Position numbers and translations under genes: made by a program | Part shown: positions 31,030-40,866 of the stretch, piece after piece | Position numbering within the stretch: position 1 is the first letter of the stretch | Layout: the number at the start of each line of letters is the position of its first letter | Source of the DNA: an uncultured virus (IMG/VR IMGVR_UViG_3300044922_001008) | Lineage: Duplodnaviria > Heunggongvirae > Uroviricota > Caudoviricetes | Reading direction: 5' to 3' (one strand) | DNA: 64,000 nt | Virus record (IMG/VR): IMGVR_UViG_3300044922_001008 | Notes under the pieces: generated by a model | Database searches by the model: none | Told to the model about the DNA's origin: nothing | What the model saw: only the letters and a program-made list of their open reading frames with translations

Positions 31030-31103
31030 AAGTTTTCCTGTTTTGTAAACTAACTTAAAATATATAGATTTTCGCAAAATTATTTGGAGTATAAATTAAA
31101 ATC

Positions 31104-32189
31104 ATGAAAAAGTTACAAATTATTGTTTTGGCATTGGGATTTATGTGTCTAGTCGCTTATGTATCAAAACAAACAAAATATGACTCAATTGATCGATTAG
31201 AAGTCGAACCAAAAAAACAATTTGATTCTTTGCAAACCGCCTTAGAAAAAATAAATTCTGATTCTGCCAAAAAAACAGTTGAATATTTAGCGTCAGACGA
31301 ATTGGAAGGCAGAATGAGTGGTAAAAAAGGTAATGTATTGGCAGCAGAATTTATCAAAAATAAATTTGATGAATTAGGATATAACACACAATATCAGAAG
31401 TTTAAAATTAGAAGATTAAATTCTGGTCCTAAAAATGAAATTGGCGATGACTTCACACAAAATGTTTGTGCTTGGCGTATCGGCAAAGATGAAAATAGAA
31501 AAAAAGAAATTGTTGTCGTTGGCGCACATATGGATCATATTGGCTATGGACCAAAAATGAGCATGGCTCCAAATAAAATTAAAATTCATCCCGGAGCAGA
31601 TGATAACGCATCGGGAACTGCAGCCCTACTTGAAATCGCCAAAGGCTTTTCAAACATGAATAATAAAAGAACTATTTTATTCATTGCTTTTTCAGCGGAA
31701 GAAATGGGTCTTTTGGGCAGCGAATTCTATGTTGAAAATCCAATCCTTCCTGCAAATGACCCAAATATTAAGAGCCATATATTCATGCTGAATATGGATA
31801 TGGTTGGCTATTTAACTAAGGGAAAGATTAAAACATCTTTTGAAAATCAAGAGAGTTCTATAAACATTACAAAATATATTGGAGAATTAAGTGATAAGTA
31901 TTCATTTGCAAAAAACATAACAACTAGAAGTGGTGGCGGTAGTGATCATGCTGTTTTTTATAACAAAAGAGTGCCTATTGCATTCTTACATACTGGCGGT
32001 CACAACTATTATCATACTCCACTGGATACGCCAGATAAATTGAACTATGATGGTATTGAAAAGATTTCTAAATATGCTTTAGAATTAGTTTGGAAGGTAT
32101 GCGAAGAAGAAAGAACTCCAGTCTTTAACAATAGTGGTTTTAGACCAGTTCCTACAGATCATGACCATGGAATTAAAAAATTTAATTAG
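31104..32189 (+). CDS. M28 family aminopeptidase with N-terminal signal/TM
   Basis: GAHMDH, GADDNASG, AEEMGLLGS, NMDMVG, SDH, YHTPLD. Confidence 0.92.
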   Translation: MKKLQIIVLALGFMCLVAYVSKQTKYDSIDRLEVEPKKQFDSLQTALEKINSDSAKKTVEYLASDELEGRMSGKKGNVLAAEFIKNKFDELGYNTQYQKFKIRRLNSGPKNEIGDDFTQNVCAWRIGKDENRKKEIVVVGAHMDHIGYGPKMSMAPNKIKIHPGADDNASGTAALLEIAKGFSNMNNKRTILFIAFSAEEMGLLGSEFYVENPILPANDPNIKSHIFMLNMDMVGYLTKGKIKTSFENQESSINITKYIGELSDKYSFAKNITTRSGGGSDHAVFYNKRVPIAFLHTGGHNYYHTPLDTPDKLNYDGIEKISKYALELVWKVCEEERTPVFNNSGFRPVPTDHDHGIKKFN

Positions 32190-32198
32190 GAGAAACCT

Positions 32199-32648
32199 AT
32201 GACTATTAATGAACTTATTGTAAATTTGCAAAAAGACCTAAGAAATGAACTTACACATCTGCATTTTTATTTGCAGAGTGCTGCCCTAGTTCAAGGTCTT
32301 CATGCAAAAGAATATAAAGAATATTTTTTAGAAGAAGCAGCTAAAGAAATGAGACATGTATCAGAATTTTCAGATATGTTGATTGGTCTTAATGCAGATA
32401 TTACAAATCAACCAAATTTTGAAAAATTGCCATTTTTGAAAAATGTACGACATATCGTTGAACATGCCTTGACACTTGAGGAAGAAGTAGTGTCAAATTA
32501 TAGCACAAGAATTCACGAAGCTGAATCACTTGGAACGGTCGATGGTGATTGGGTTCATATTTTCTTAGAAAAGCAAATAGAAGATAGCCGACATGATGTC
32601 GATGAACTGAAGCAAATTGTTAGAGGTTTAAAGGAAGGATATCCATGA
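32199..32648 (+). CDS. Ferritin-like (bacterioferritin/Dps-type) protein
   Basis: NE...Y, EE..KEMRH, LEEEV...Y, ED..H four-helix di-iron pattern. Confidence 0.8.
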   Translation: MTINELIVNLQKDLRNELTHLHFYLQSAALVQGLHAKEYKEYFLEEAAKEMRHVSEFSDMLIGLNADITNQPNFEKLPFLKNVRHIVEHALTLEEEVVSNYSTRIHEAESLGTVDGDWVHIFLEKQIEDSRHDVDELKQIVRGLKEGYP

Positions 32649-32812
32649 GTAGTCTTCGAAGAATAAAATATGTTTCAAATATACCAAAATACAAAAAATT
32701 TGCAATTAAATTAGATTGCGGTCATAGATATATATTCGATCACAGTATAACTAAAATGTATGATTTGCCTTTACTGCTTCCATGTAAGATTTGCTTTAAC
32801 TCGCATAAATAA
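32645..32812 (+). CDS. Small zinc-ribbon protein (55 aa, not in ORF track)
   Basis: MSSLRRIK...KLDCGH...LPCKICFNSHK; ATGA overlap with the ferritin gene. Confidence 0.45.
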   Translation: MSSLRRIKYVSNIPKYKKFAIKLDCGHRYIFDHSITKMYDLPLLLPCKICFNSHK

Positions 32813-32843
32813 TTTAAGTTTATAATTTGAAATAAGAGGTAAG

Positions 32844-34808
32844 ATGTCATTCTTTCAAAATGTTTTCAATCAAGAGTATCAAGGCTATTTAAATACGGGT
32901 AGTGATCGTCAATATAGTTTGACATTCAAAATACCAGCAAATCAAAACTCACAAGATTATCAATTTGCTTATAACGCAGAACCTTATGATCTTTCTGTAA
33001 ATAATACTTTAACAATAAATTATGCTTGGGATACTGAGTATAAAAATTGGGCTTCCCTTGCAATTAATATTGCTGGTGTATCTCCAGCAGCAACAACAGC
33101 AACAGAAATAGTTGCTCTTTTGAATTCAAATGCGACATTTTCTGGCATGTACATTGCTAAGGTTGTAAAGAATTTTAACGCAAGTCATGTTCTTATTACA
33201 TCAAAGACTCAAAGAGCCAAACAAATCATTAAAATGTATGTGTTGAATTCATCTGCGGAATCTGCCTTAAAATTCAACAAGAAAGCCAATGTGGCCGAAC
33301 TTCCAAGCTACTTCGAGAGAGACACAATAGCGAATCGTTTTAATTACGAACCAGCGAACAACCATCTTATCAAGCTCGATCCAGAAAATGAGGTCGATGC
33401 AGCTATCATCACGGCAGCTGGATTTGATCCAGATAGCCCAAAAGCAGATTGGGAACTATTGCGTGGTCGTGCTTCTGGCATATACACATTTAAGAAACAA
33501 ACCTTAGACGAAGAAGGCAGAATTGTCGAAATAATCGAATATCCAGCAGGTGCATTGGTTGGCGATCTAGCAAGAAAGACCATCTACACCTTCACCGACA
33601 CCAATGCCCAACCTGATGAAATTTTCCAGATACCACATGTTCTCACATCCGATGACTTAATCACACCTCCTGCACCTCCTGTCGCACCAATCGTTGGAAC
33701 GGTATGGGGCGTTGGGAGCAATGGTAACGGAGAACTTGCTGATAATACAACAAGTGATAGATCATCTCCAGTTCAAACAATCGCTGGTGGTAGCAATTGG
33801 GTTGAAATCAATTGTGGCTACTACAATATCGCTGGTTTGAAAGATGATGGAACACTTTGGACTTGGGGTCAAAATGAACAAGGTGGCTTGGGAGATAACA
33901 CAACTGTTGATAAATCATCACCAGTTCAAACAATTGCTGGCGGAACTGATTGGAAAACAATGGTGGTCGGAACCTACTACGAACATTGTGCTGCGATAAA
34001 GACTGATGGCACATTATGGCTTTGGGGTCATAATGAATATGGGGAAATCGGTGATGAAACAACTGTTGACAAATCATCACCAGTACAAACCATAGCTGGC
34101 GGAACTGACTGGAAACAGATTGCGTCTGGTGGCAACCACACGGCAGCAATAAAGAACGATGGAACTCTTTGGATGTGGGGTAGGAATGGTGATGGGGATG
34201 GTGATGACTATGGTCAACTTGGCGACAATACGATTATAAATAAATCATCACCAGTACAGACGATATGTGGCGGAACTGACTGGAAATCCGTTTCTTGTGG
34301 AGAAAAATTTACCGCAGCAATAAAGAACAATGGAACATGTTGGACTTGGGGCGAGAATAATGATGGTCAATTGGGCGATGAAACAACAGACAACAAATCT
34401 TCTCCAGTTCAAACAATCGCTGGCGGAACCGATTGGAAACAAATTTCCTGTGGCGACAATCACATGCTTGCTATCAAGAATGATGGAACATGCTGGACTT
34501 GGGGAAGAAACAACTATGGTCAATTAGGTGACGAAACAACAGATGATAGATCTTCGCCAGTTCAAACGGTTGCATATGGAACTGATTGGAAGCAGGTTGA
34601 CGGTGGACAGGATCATTCCGCTGCGATCAAGAACGATGGAACATGTTGGGTTTGGGGAACCAATATTGGGGATGAAGAAAATGATGGTCGATTGGGAACA
34701 AATGATCTCATTGACAGATCATCACCAGTACAAACGATTATGGCAGACACCAACTGGTTATATGTTTCGGCTGGATATGTGAACACCTTTGGAATCAGGA
34801 AGGCGTAA
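32844..34808 (+). CDS. Virion-type protein with C-terminal RCC1-repeat beta-propeller
   Basis: Repeats of AIKNDGT.W.WG.N..GQLGD.TT.D.SSPVQTIAGGTDWKQ from about 33700; PPAPP linker to a separate N-terminal domain. Confidence 0.85.
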   Translation: MSFFQNVFNQEYQGYLNTGSDRQYSLTFKIPANQNSQDYQFAYNAEPYDLSVNNTLTINYAWDTEYKNWASLAINIAGVSPAATTATEIVALLNSNATFSGMYIAKVVKNFNASHVLITSKTQRAKQIIKMYVLNSSAESALKFNKKANVAELPSYFERDTIANRFNYEPANNHLIKLDPENEVDAAIITAAGFDPDSPKADWELLRGRASGIYTFKKQTLDEEGRIVEIIEYPAGALVGDLARKTIYTFTDTNAQPDEIFQIPHVLTSDDLITPPAPPVAPIVGTVWGVGSNGNGELADNTTSDRSSPVQTIAGGSNWVEINCGYYNIAGLKDDGTLWTWGQNEQGGLGDNTTVDKSSPVQTIAGGTDWKTMVVGTYYEHCAAIKTDGTLWLWGHNEYGEIGDETTVDKSSPVQTIAGGTDWKQIASGGNHTAAIKNDGTLWMWGRNGDGDGDDYGQLGDNTIINKSSPVQTICGGTDWKSVSCGEKFTAAIKNNGTCWTWGENNDGQLGDETTDNKSSPVQTIAGGTDWKQISCGDNHMLAIKNDGTCWTWGRNNYGQLGDETTDDRSSPVQTVAYGTDWKQVDGGQDHSAAIKNDGTCWVWGTNIGDEENDGRLGTNDLIDRSSPVQTIMADTNWLYVSAGYVNTFGIRKA

Positions 34809-34912
34809 AGAAAATTCTCTCAGAGACCAATTTTCTGCACTATCTTCCAATTCTGCGATAGAAACTTTTTTATGAATTGATAAAATTTCTTTATTTTCAA
34901 AGATATGAATAG

Positions 34913-34946
34913 AAAAAAAGGGGAAGTTGTGAAGCTTCCCCCAATT
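34913..34946 (-). terminator. Rho-independent terminator
   Basis: AAAAAAA-GGGGAAG...CTTCCCC hairpin downstream of 34969..35520(-). Confidence 0.6.
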
Positions 34947-34968
34947 TAGTTTTATCTGTTTAGAATCA

Positions 34969-35520
34969 TTACATTGCAAATAACATGTATCCCAAACCAG
35001 CGGCAAGAACAATAATAACGCCAATAAGAATTTTATTGGTTACACCGTTATTAGAATCTTCATTTACTTTTTCGGCAATTTGATCTGCGATTCCAAGGCT
35101 ACTAATCCTTGATTCGCAAACATCAGAAGATTTTACAGATTTAATTGCCATGGTTATGGCTTCAATCATATCTTCTTTTGTCAATCCTTTAGGATGACAA
35201 ACTTTTTTGCAGCCTTGAGCAGCAAAAGAATTAGCTGCAGAAATGTGTTCAACAAGCTGCATAGGAACTCTTGGTTCTGCACTTTCAATTTTTACATCCA
35301 CAACATTGCCAGCGTCATCTACTGTTTCAATTTTGCGTTCATAAATAATTGGCTTGCTTTTTTCAATAACTCTTTGTTTAAGCTTAAGTGGTCGTTCATC
35401 TTGCATATGAAGCTCAACAACCTTTTCGCTGGTTAAATCTGCGTGATTTATATTTTCTTGTACACGCTTCTCGGCTTTCCTTCCGTCTTCCAAAGTCCAT
35501 TTTTCAGTGTTATTGCTCAT
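34969..35520 (-). CDS. Hypothetical protein with C-terminal TM anchor
   Basis: Ends ILIGVIIVLAAGLGYMLFAM; GAGGGG RBS. Confidence 0.6.
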   Translation of the reverse strand: MSNNTEKWTLEDGRKAEKRVQENINHADLTSEKVVELHMQDERPLKLKQRVIEKSKPIIYERKIETVDDAGNVVDVKIESAEPRVPMQLVEHISAANSFAAQGCKKVCHPKGLTKEDMIEAITMAIKSVKSSDVCESRISSLGIADQIAEKVNEDSNNGVTNKILIGVIIVLAAGLGYMLFAM

Positions 35521-35570
35521 GATACCCCTCTTGTAAAGAATATGGCTATTTCTATTTATGCCATCTGATA

Positions 35571-35927
35571 TTAATTTTGTTTGCGTATTTTTATCTCAGC
35601 TATCCCAACCTTACAGTTATTTAACAATTTACTGGTTTCCAATGCCATTTTTTCTGCTTCTGCTTCGTTTTGGCAATGAATATTTTCAATAGTTTTGTAT
35701 TCGATACCCAATCCTCTATCAAATCTTATAATAGCTTTGTAAACTTTTTTTTCTTCTTCAAACAAAGAATTTATGAATTCTTTTAAAAAATCTTCATTTT
35801 CAAAAAATTTCTCATCAAATGAACGATTGTCTTTTGGAGTTGATACTTTTTGAATTCCATAGCCTTTTTCTATTTGATATATTACGATGCCACATTCATT
35901 TAATTCTTTATAATTTATATTCCCCAT
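35571..35927 (-). CDS. Hypothetical protein
   Basis: 118 aa ORF. Confidence 0.5.
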   Translation of the reverse strand: MGNINYKELNECGIVIYQIEKGYGIQKVSTPKDNRSFDEKFFENEDFLKEFINSLFEEEKKVYKAIIRFDRGLGIEYKTIENIHCQNEAEAEKMALETSKLLNNCKVGIAEIKIRKQN

Positions 35928-36436
35928 TTTGTTTTTAATTTCTCCAATATTTCTTTTTTTCTTCTGTTTGCCAAAACTATATTTTCTTCAACTTGTTTTT
36001 GCCTCATTTTTTTATCTGTTTTAATTGAAGATTCATACAAATCATCAATAATTTTACTCCACTCATCATTTGGAATATATCTTTCCAATTCTCCAGCAAC
36101 TTCTTTATAAACAACATATCCATTGTATGATACATTAATTTCCATATTTGAAAAAAATAAATTTACAGTTAAATTACAACCAAATTTATACCCATCGAAA
36201 GAGTGTCCAATTTCATTGAACATTTCATCTTCATCCATAGTTGGCAACTCATCTGGCTCTTCATCGAACCCATAGAAATCTTCCACAAATGTTTGTTGAA
36301 AATTTGGACTAGATTGAGAAATTATTGGGTATCCTAACTTTTTTGCTATATTTGAAAACTTACCTTCTAATCCCATATAGCCATTTTTCATGGCTTCTAT
36401 AGTTCTTTGCTCTTGTATTAGTTTTTCTTTATTCAT
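35915..36436 (-). CDS. Hypothetical protein
   Basis: 173 aa ORF. Confidence 0.55.
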   Translation of the reverse strand: MNKEKLIQEQRTIEAMKNGYMGLEGKFSNIAKKLGYPIISQSSPNFQQTFVEDFYGFDEEPDELPTMDEDEMFNEIGHSFDGYKFGCNLTVNLFFSNMEINVSYNGYVVYKEVAGELERYIPNDEWSKIIDDLYESSIKTDKKMRQKQVEENIVLANRRKKEILEKLKTKWGI

Positions 36437-36533
36437 GATTTTCGGTCAGATAATCTCCAATTTAATTTATCTATGATTCATAATCTCATATATATTTTAG
36501 TCCATTTCAAAATCTATATCAAGGAGGTTTATT

Positions 36534-38273
36534 ATGATTCAATGGTTTAAAAAAATAATCAATCTATTCAATTCATCTCCAGAAATAAAAGAAGCGACAC
36601 CAAGTCCAAAAAAATTGCCAGTACCCAAGCCAAAACCAGTGCCGACACCAAAACCAGTGCCGACACCAAAACCAGTGCCAGCAATAAAGCAAATTAAATA
36701 TATTTTAAATGATCCAACAACATCGGATCAATTGATAAATTTGTTGCCACCAACTCCATGTTCATTAAAAATGAATATTGCAGGATATGTCGGTGGTGGT
36801 TATGAACCAAACACATTGCAGGGCGAAGCTGCTGGTTGTTATGTGACTATCAATACAGTCGCCAAATATCTTATATCTTTAGTTGATACAAAAAAAACAT
36901 TTACGAGGTGGGCTGCTGTTAGTATTTTAAATGTAAATCCAAGGGCTGGAAAAGATTTTAATGCCTATTATGATCGACAAGCACTCAAATTCTTTTACGA
37001 CAAAGACCCTATTACCAAAAAAATGGTATATACATCTGAATCTACAGATATTGTGGCTCATGAATTTGGACATGCATTTCTAGATATTTTAAGACCAGAT
37101 CTGTGGAGTGCGCAATCTTATGAGGCTTGGGCATTTCATGAATCATTCGGAGATATTGTTGCAATATGCAACATTATGCAATATGATGAAATTTTAACTA
37201 GAGCATTAAGCGAAACTTCCAATGATTTATCAAAGTCTAATATAATTTCACGATTGGCAGAAGAATTAGGCAAAGCAATTTCTAACATTTCTAGTGATCC
37301 TTCTTATGCATTGGCACTTAGAGATGCTTCAAATAATTTTAAGTATGTTAATCCAGCATCTTTACCAGAAGATGCTCCAAATACTCAATTATCAAATGAG
37401 TGTCACAATTTCAGTAGAGTATGGACTGGTGCTTGGTATGAATGTTTAGTTGGTATGTTCAAACAAAACTTACAAAATGGCATGGGAGCCATTGATGCTC
37501 TTAAATTGGCAAGAGATACTGCTGCGAAATATGTTTTATACGCATGTCAATTTGCAAATACAATTAAATTTTATAGTTCTTGTGCTGCTCAAATGCTTTA
37601 TTATGATAGAACTAAAAATTCTGGTAAATATCAAAATGTTTTATCTCAAGTTTTTGCCAATAGAAATATTCCTATTTCTAGTTTAAAATTGTTAAGTAAT
37701 ATTGATTACAATGAAATAAAAAATAAATCTGAATATGCTATACAAGAAATGACAGATCACGGATTTGTATGGACAACAAAAACAGTTAAGACTTTAAATT
37801 TTACAAATGGTTTGTCTGCACTTTCCGGAAATGTAGAATCATTTTCTGTTGAGATTCCATGCACTAAAATCTACATTTTAGATAAAGATAAAAATTTAAT
37901 TCATGCAACTGAAACCACAGAGAAAGAAACTACCGAAATGGTAACTCTTTGTGTCAATAAATTGCAAAGTAAAAATCTCATCGGTGCTGAAGAAAATCAG
38001 TTGTTTGAAATAAAAAATGGAAAATTAATTAGAAAAAGAATTATGTGTCGTTGTCATCCAAACAATGCTTGCAATCCACAATCTCCAGAATATGGAAAAC
38101 CTTGGAGGGGCGAAAATAACGCTGGTTGCGGTTCAAAAGGAATTACAGTTGATTGCGAATGCAATTCTCCAGAACCAACACCTGCACCCAAACTTGGTTG
38201 TTACATAAATACAAAATCATGCTCAAATACATCAAGGGTGTTCTGTCAAAACATCAACAGGAAGGTCTGTTAA
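36534..38273 (+). CDS. Zinc metalloprotease (M4 thermolysin/M36 fungalysin-like)
   Basis: FNAYY, DIVAHEFGH, AFHESFGD, ECH..S; PKPVPT repeats at the N-terminus and a Cys-rich C-terminus. Confidence 0.85.
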   Translation: MIQWFKKIINLFNSSPEIKEATPSPKKLPVPKPKPVPTPKPVPTPKPVPAIKQIKYILNDPTTSDQLINLLPPTPCSLKMNIAGYVGGGYEPNTLQGEAAGCYVTINTVAKYLISLVDTKKTFTRWAAVSILNVNPRAGKDFNAYYDRQALKFFYDKDPITKKMVYTSESTDIVAHEFGHAFLDILRPDLWSAQSYEAWAFHESFGDIVAICNIMQYDEILTRALSETSNDLSKSNIISRLAEELGKAISNISSDPSYALALRDASNNFKYVNPASLPEDAPNTQLSNECHNFSRVWTGAWYECLVGMFKQNLQNGMGAIDALKLARDTAAKYVLYACQFANTIKFYSSCAAQMLYYDRTKNSGKYQNVLSQVFANRNIPISSLKLLSNIDYNEIKNKSEYAIQEMTDHGFVWTTKTVKTLNFTNGLSALSGNVESFSVEIPCTKIYILDKDKNLIHATETTEKETTEMVTLCVNKLQSKNLIGAEENQLFEIKNGKLIRKRIMCRCHPNNACNPQSPEYGKPWRGENNAGCGSKGITVDCECNSPEPTPAPKLGCYINTKSCSNTSRVFCQNINRKVC

Positions 38274-38678
38274 TTTTAAAGAAGTTTTATAATCATCATA
38301 ATTCACAAGGTTGATATTATCATCAATCTTGTGAATTATCATTTCTGTATATGATTTATTACCAAGTGTATTTATACGCAAACTTAAATCAGTTATATTA
38401 CTTCTTGTTTTTTCAATATAGAATGAAAATTTGTCTCTTCCTTTTGCTCCGACATAATATCCATTTTTAGTTTTATATTCAGATGTTATTTTGAATTCTA
38501 AATCAGAACAAGTATTCTTTACCGCTTTAAATAAAACATCAACTTCAAGTTCGTAATACTTATGCGCTCTGCCGTCTTTCCAGATAATTATTCCCGTAAC
38601 AATAGGGCTAATAAGACCAACAAATTGGCATCCAGATAAAAAAACCATAAAAAATAAAAAAACCTTGTAAATTTTCAT
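38232..38678 (-). CDS. Lipoprotein (DUF3568-like)
   Basis: Lipobox LSGC; C-terminal LSLRINTLGNKSYTEMIIHKI. Confidence 0.55.
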   Translation of the reverse strand: MKIYKVFLFFMVFLSGCQFVGLISPIVTGIIIWKDGRAHKYYELEVDVLFKAVKNTCSDLEFKITSEYKTKNGYYVGAKGRDKFSFYIEKTRSNITDLSLRINTLGNKSYTEMIIHKIDDNINLVNYDDYKTSLKLTDLPVDVLTEHP

Positions 38679-38727
38679 TGTAACCTCTTATATTATGTAT
38701 TGAAGTCTTTTATAAAAGGATGCAAAT

Positions 38728-39114
38728 ATGAATCATAAAAAAAATAGAAACAATTTGTTCATTCAGTATGATGAATGGGATACAAAAGAATTCTCAGAAA
38801 AAGAGAGTTGGAAATATGATAACGACTATGACGATAATGAAGACGATGAAGATGATGAAGATGATGATTGGGATGATGAAGAAGAAGATGATGATTTAGA
38901 TGATGATGATTTTGATGAAGATGATGACGATTTAGATGAAGATGACGATTTAGATGACGATGATGACGATGAAGATGATTGGGATGACGATGATGATGAC
39001 GATGACGATGATGATGACGATGACGATGATGATGACGATGATGATGACGATGATGACGATGATGACGATGATGACGATGATGATTGGGATGATGACGATG
39101 AAGACGATGATTAA
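38728..39114 (+). CDS. Extremely acidic poly-Asp protein
   Basis: AAGGA RBS; C-terminal ~95 aa almost all D/E, encoded by GAT/GAC runs. Confidence 0.6.
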   Translation: MNHKKNRNNLFIQYDEWDTKEFSEKESWKYDNDYDDNEDDEDDEDDDWDDEEEDDDLDDDDFDEDDDDLDEDDDLDDDDDDEDDWDDDDDDDDDDDDDDDDDDDDDDDDDDDDDDDDDDWDDDDEDDD

Positions 39115-39124
39115 TGATTCGCAA

Positions 39125-39157
39125 AGAGATCGCCTTAATTTATTCAAGGCGATCTCT
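39125..39157. terminator. Stem-loop after the poly-Asp gene
   Basis: AGAGATCGCCTT-9nt-AAGGCGATCTCT perfect 12-bp stem; no U tract. Confidence 0.5.
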
Positions 39158-39299
39158 AAATTACAAATAATATAAGACAAATTTTAAATTTACACCAATA
39201 GTAACATTATCAATATATATTTGATAATATTATTGTGTAATGATTGCATACATAGACTCCTATTTTCCTATATATTTATAGGAATTTTCAAGGAGGAAT

Positions 39300-40013
39300 A
39301 TGCAATCTAAAAAAGCAAGTTTTTTCCTGATTTCTGTCTGTACAATACTTTCATTTTCATTGTGTTTTCTGGTTGTAGCTAAAGCACCGAACTTACAAAG
39401 CGTTGCTCAAGTTTCACACGAGAAAATTACTAATCCAGTAGCCAATTTCGAAGGCTATGAAGATGATGATGTTTCAAATGTAATGGTTCCAATTCCTATG
39501 AAGGATAGAGTCTATAATAAGACTGGAATTCAATGTGTTTGGGCATCACTTGAATGTATTGGAAGATATGCTGAAGAAAAAAAACTTATCAACCTAACGA
39601 ATGATTCCGAATGTCAAGGTTATAGCAGCCCAAGTGGATCAGCAAGAAAGCTTATGGCTTTAAATGTCAAATTTGAACAGACTACAAGTTTGTCTGATAA
39701 AAGTTTGATCCGTAAGGCTGTAGTGAAAGAAAAGCGTGGTGTATTATTTGGTATTCCCGGTCATGCTATGGTCATGGTTCACTATGATGAAGCAAAAGGA
39801 ATTATCAAATATATAAACAATAGCGATAAAGAATTGAAAATAAGAACTTGGACAATCGATGAATTTAACCGCAGATGGGATGGTTGGATTTGTGCAGTTT
39901 ATGCCGATGTGGATCACATTCCAAATAAATGGTTGGCATCAACAATTAAAGTTATTGATATGGAAAATTTAAATTTTCTGGCTCCAAAGAATTATATTCT
40001 TTTTCCAAAATGA
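39300..40013 (+). CDS. Exported papain-fold (C39-like) cysteine peptidase
   Basis: N-terminal TM; QCVWAS (Cys), GHAMVMV (His), YINNSD. Confidence 0.7.
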   Translation: MQSKKASFFLISVCTILSFSLCFLVVAKAPNLQSVAQVSHEKITNPVANFEGYEDDDVSNVMVPIPMKDRVYNKTGIQCVWASLECIGRYAEEKKLINLTNDSECQGYSSPSGSARKLMALNVKFEQTTSLSDKSLIRKAVVKEKRGVLFGIPGHAMVMVHYDEAKGIIKYINNSDKELKIRTWTIDEFNRRWDGWICAVYADVDHIPNKWLASTIKVIDMENLNFLAPKNYILFPK

Positions 40014-40204
40014 TTCTTTTTTCCACAATTACATTTCTTTACAGATCTTGTTTTCTTATTTACTGGCGGTTTATCATCACCAATTGTTTGAAATGCTCCC
40101 GCACTATCCATGGGCGGGAGCATATCATGAGAGTCGGGTCCAATATCAGAAATGCCAATATTAAAATTTTCAGATTTTTTAGATAACCAATTTTTAAATT
40201 TCAT
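39992..40204 (-). CDS. Small hypothetical protein (MKFKNWL N-terminus)
   Basis: 70 aa ORF. Confidence 0.5.
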   Translation of the reverse strand: MKFKNWLSKKSENFNIGISDIGPDSHDMLPPMDSAGAFQTIGDDKPPVNKKTRSVKKCNCGKKNHFGKRI

Positions 40205-40207
40205 AAT

Positions 40208-40798
40208 CTATTTAACAATTATGTTACAAACTTTATTTGCAAAATAAATATATTTCTCATAAGCATTAGATAAATTTTCATATTCTTGTAATTGTAAAGT
40301 ATTTTTTCCAGATGGGATAATGAACTCTTGACTGAATTTCAATTTAGTTTTTAATCCAATATATTCTGATATTAAATCTAAACCTTTTCCCTCACGAAGA
40401 TTCGAATGTGTCAAAAAAACAGAATTTGGATTTCTTTTTGCTAATTCGCACAATCTTCTGATTCTGTAAAGATAATATCTTTTTGCATCATTTTTTTTAT
40501 AAATCTTTTGATTTATAAGATAATCAATCGTTGCTTCTGGCTCTCTTACCAAAAATATAAATTGGCAAAATTGATTAGGCTTGAGACTATATTGATAATT
40601 ATACAGTAGGTGATCCATGTATATTCTTGATGAATTATTTAACTTGTGCTTATTTTCAGTAAGACCCAACAATCTCAATGGTGTATCATAAATATTATCT
40701 TTTTCAAATCCCATGATTCTTGTTTCATTATTCAATAAAGCATATAATTCATTAGATCCACTACCAATGTGACTCATTATAAATAGAACTTTTTTCAT
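40208..40798 (-). CDS. Sulfotransferase-like P-loop protein
   Basis: FIMSHIGSGSNELYALLN (5'-PSB-like), FIFLVREP (3'-PB-like). Confidence 0.6.
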   Translation of the reverse strand: MKKVLFIMSHIGSGSNELYALLNNETRIMGFEKDNIYDTPLRLLGLTENKHKLNNSSRIYMDHLLYNYQYSLKPNQFCQFIFLVREPEATIDYLINQKIYKKNDAKRYYLYRIRRLCELAKRNPNSVFLTHSNLREGKGLDLISEYIGLKTKLKFSQEFIIPSGKNTLQLQEYENLSNAYEKYIYFANKVCNIIVK

Positions 40799-40866
40799 CA
40801 AATGCCCTAAAAAAGTTGGATAATACAATAACTAAGAAAGCACACTAATATAAGTAGAGGAATATT

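Noticed and set aside
33700..34808. RCC1 repeats as a diversity-generating retroelement target
   Set aside because: No reverse transcriptase or non-coding template repeat is visible, and differences between repeats are not confined to adenines; cannot be excluded outside the window
38759..39180. His-rich, Ile-rich and Met/Thr-rich ORFs overlapping the acidic gene
   Set aside because: Alternative frames of the GAT/GAC tract; only the Asp frame has an RBS and a non-repetitive N-terminus
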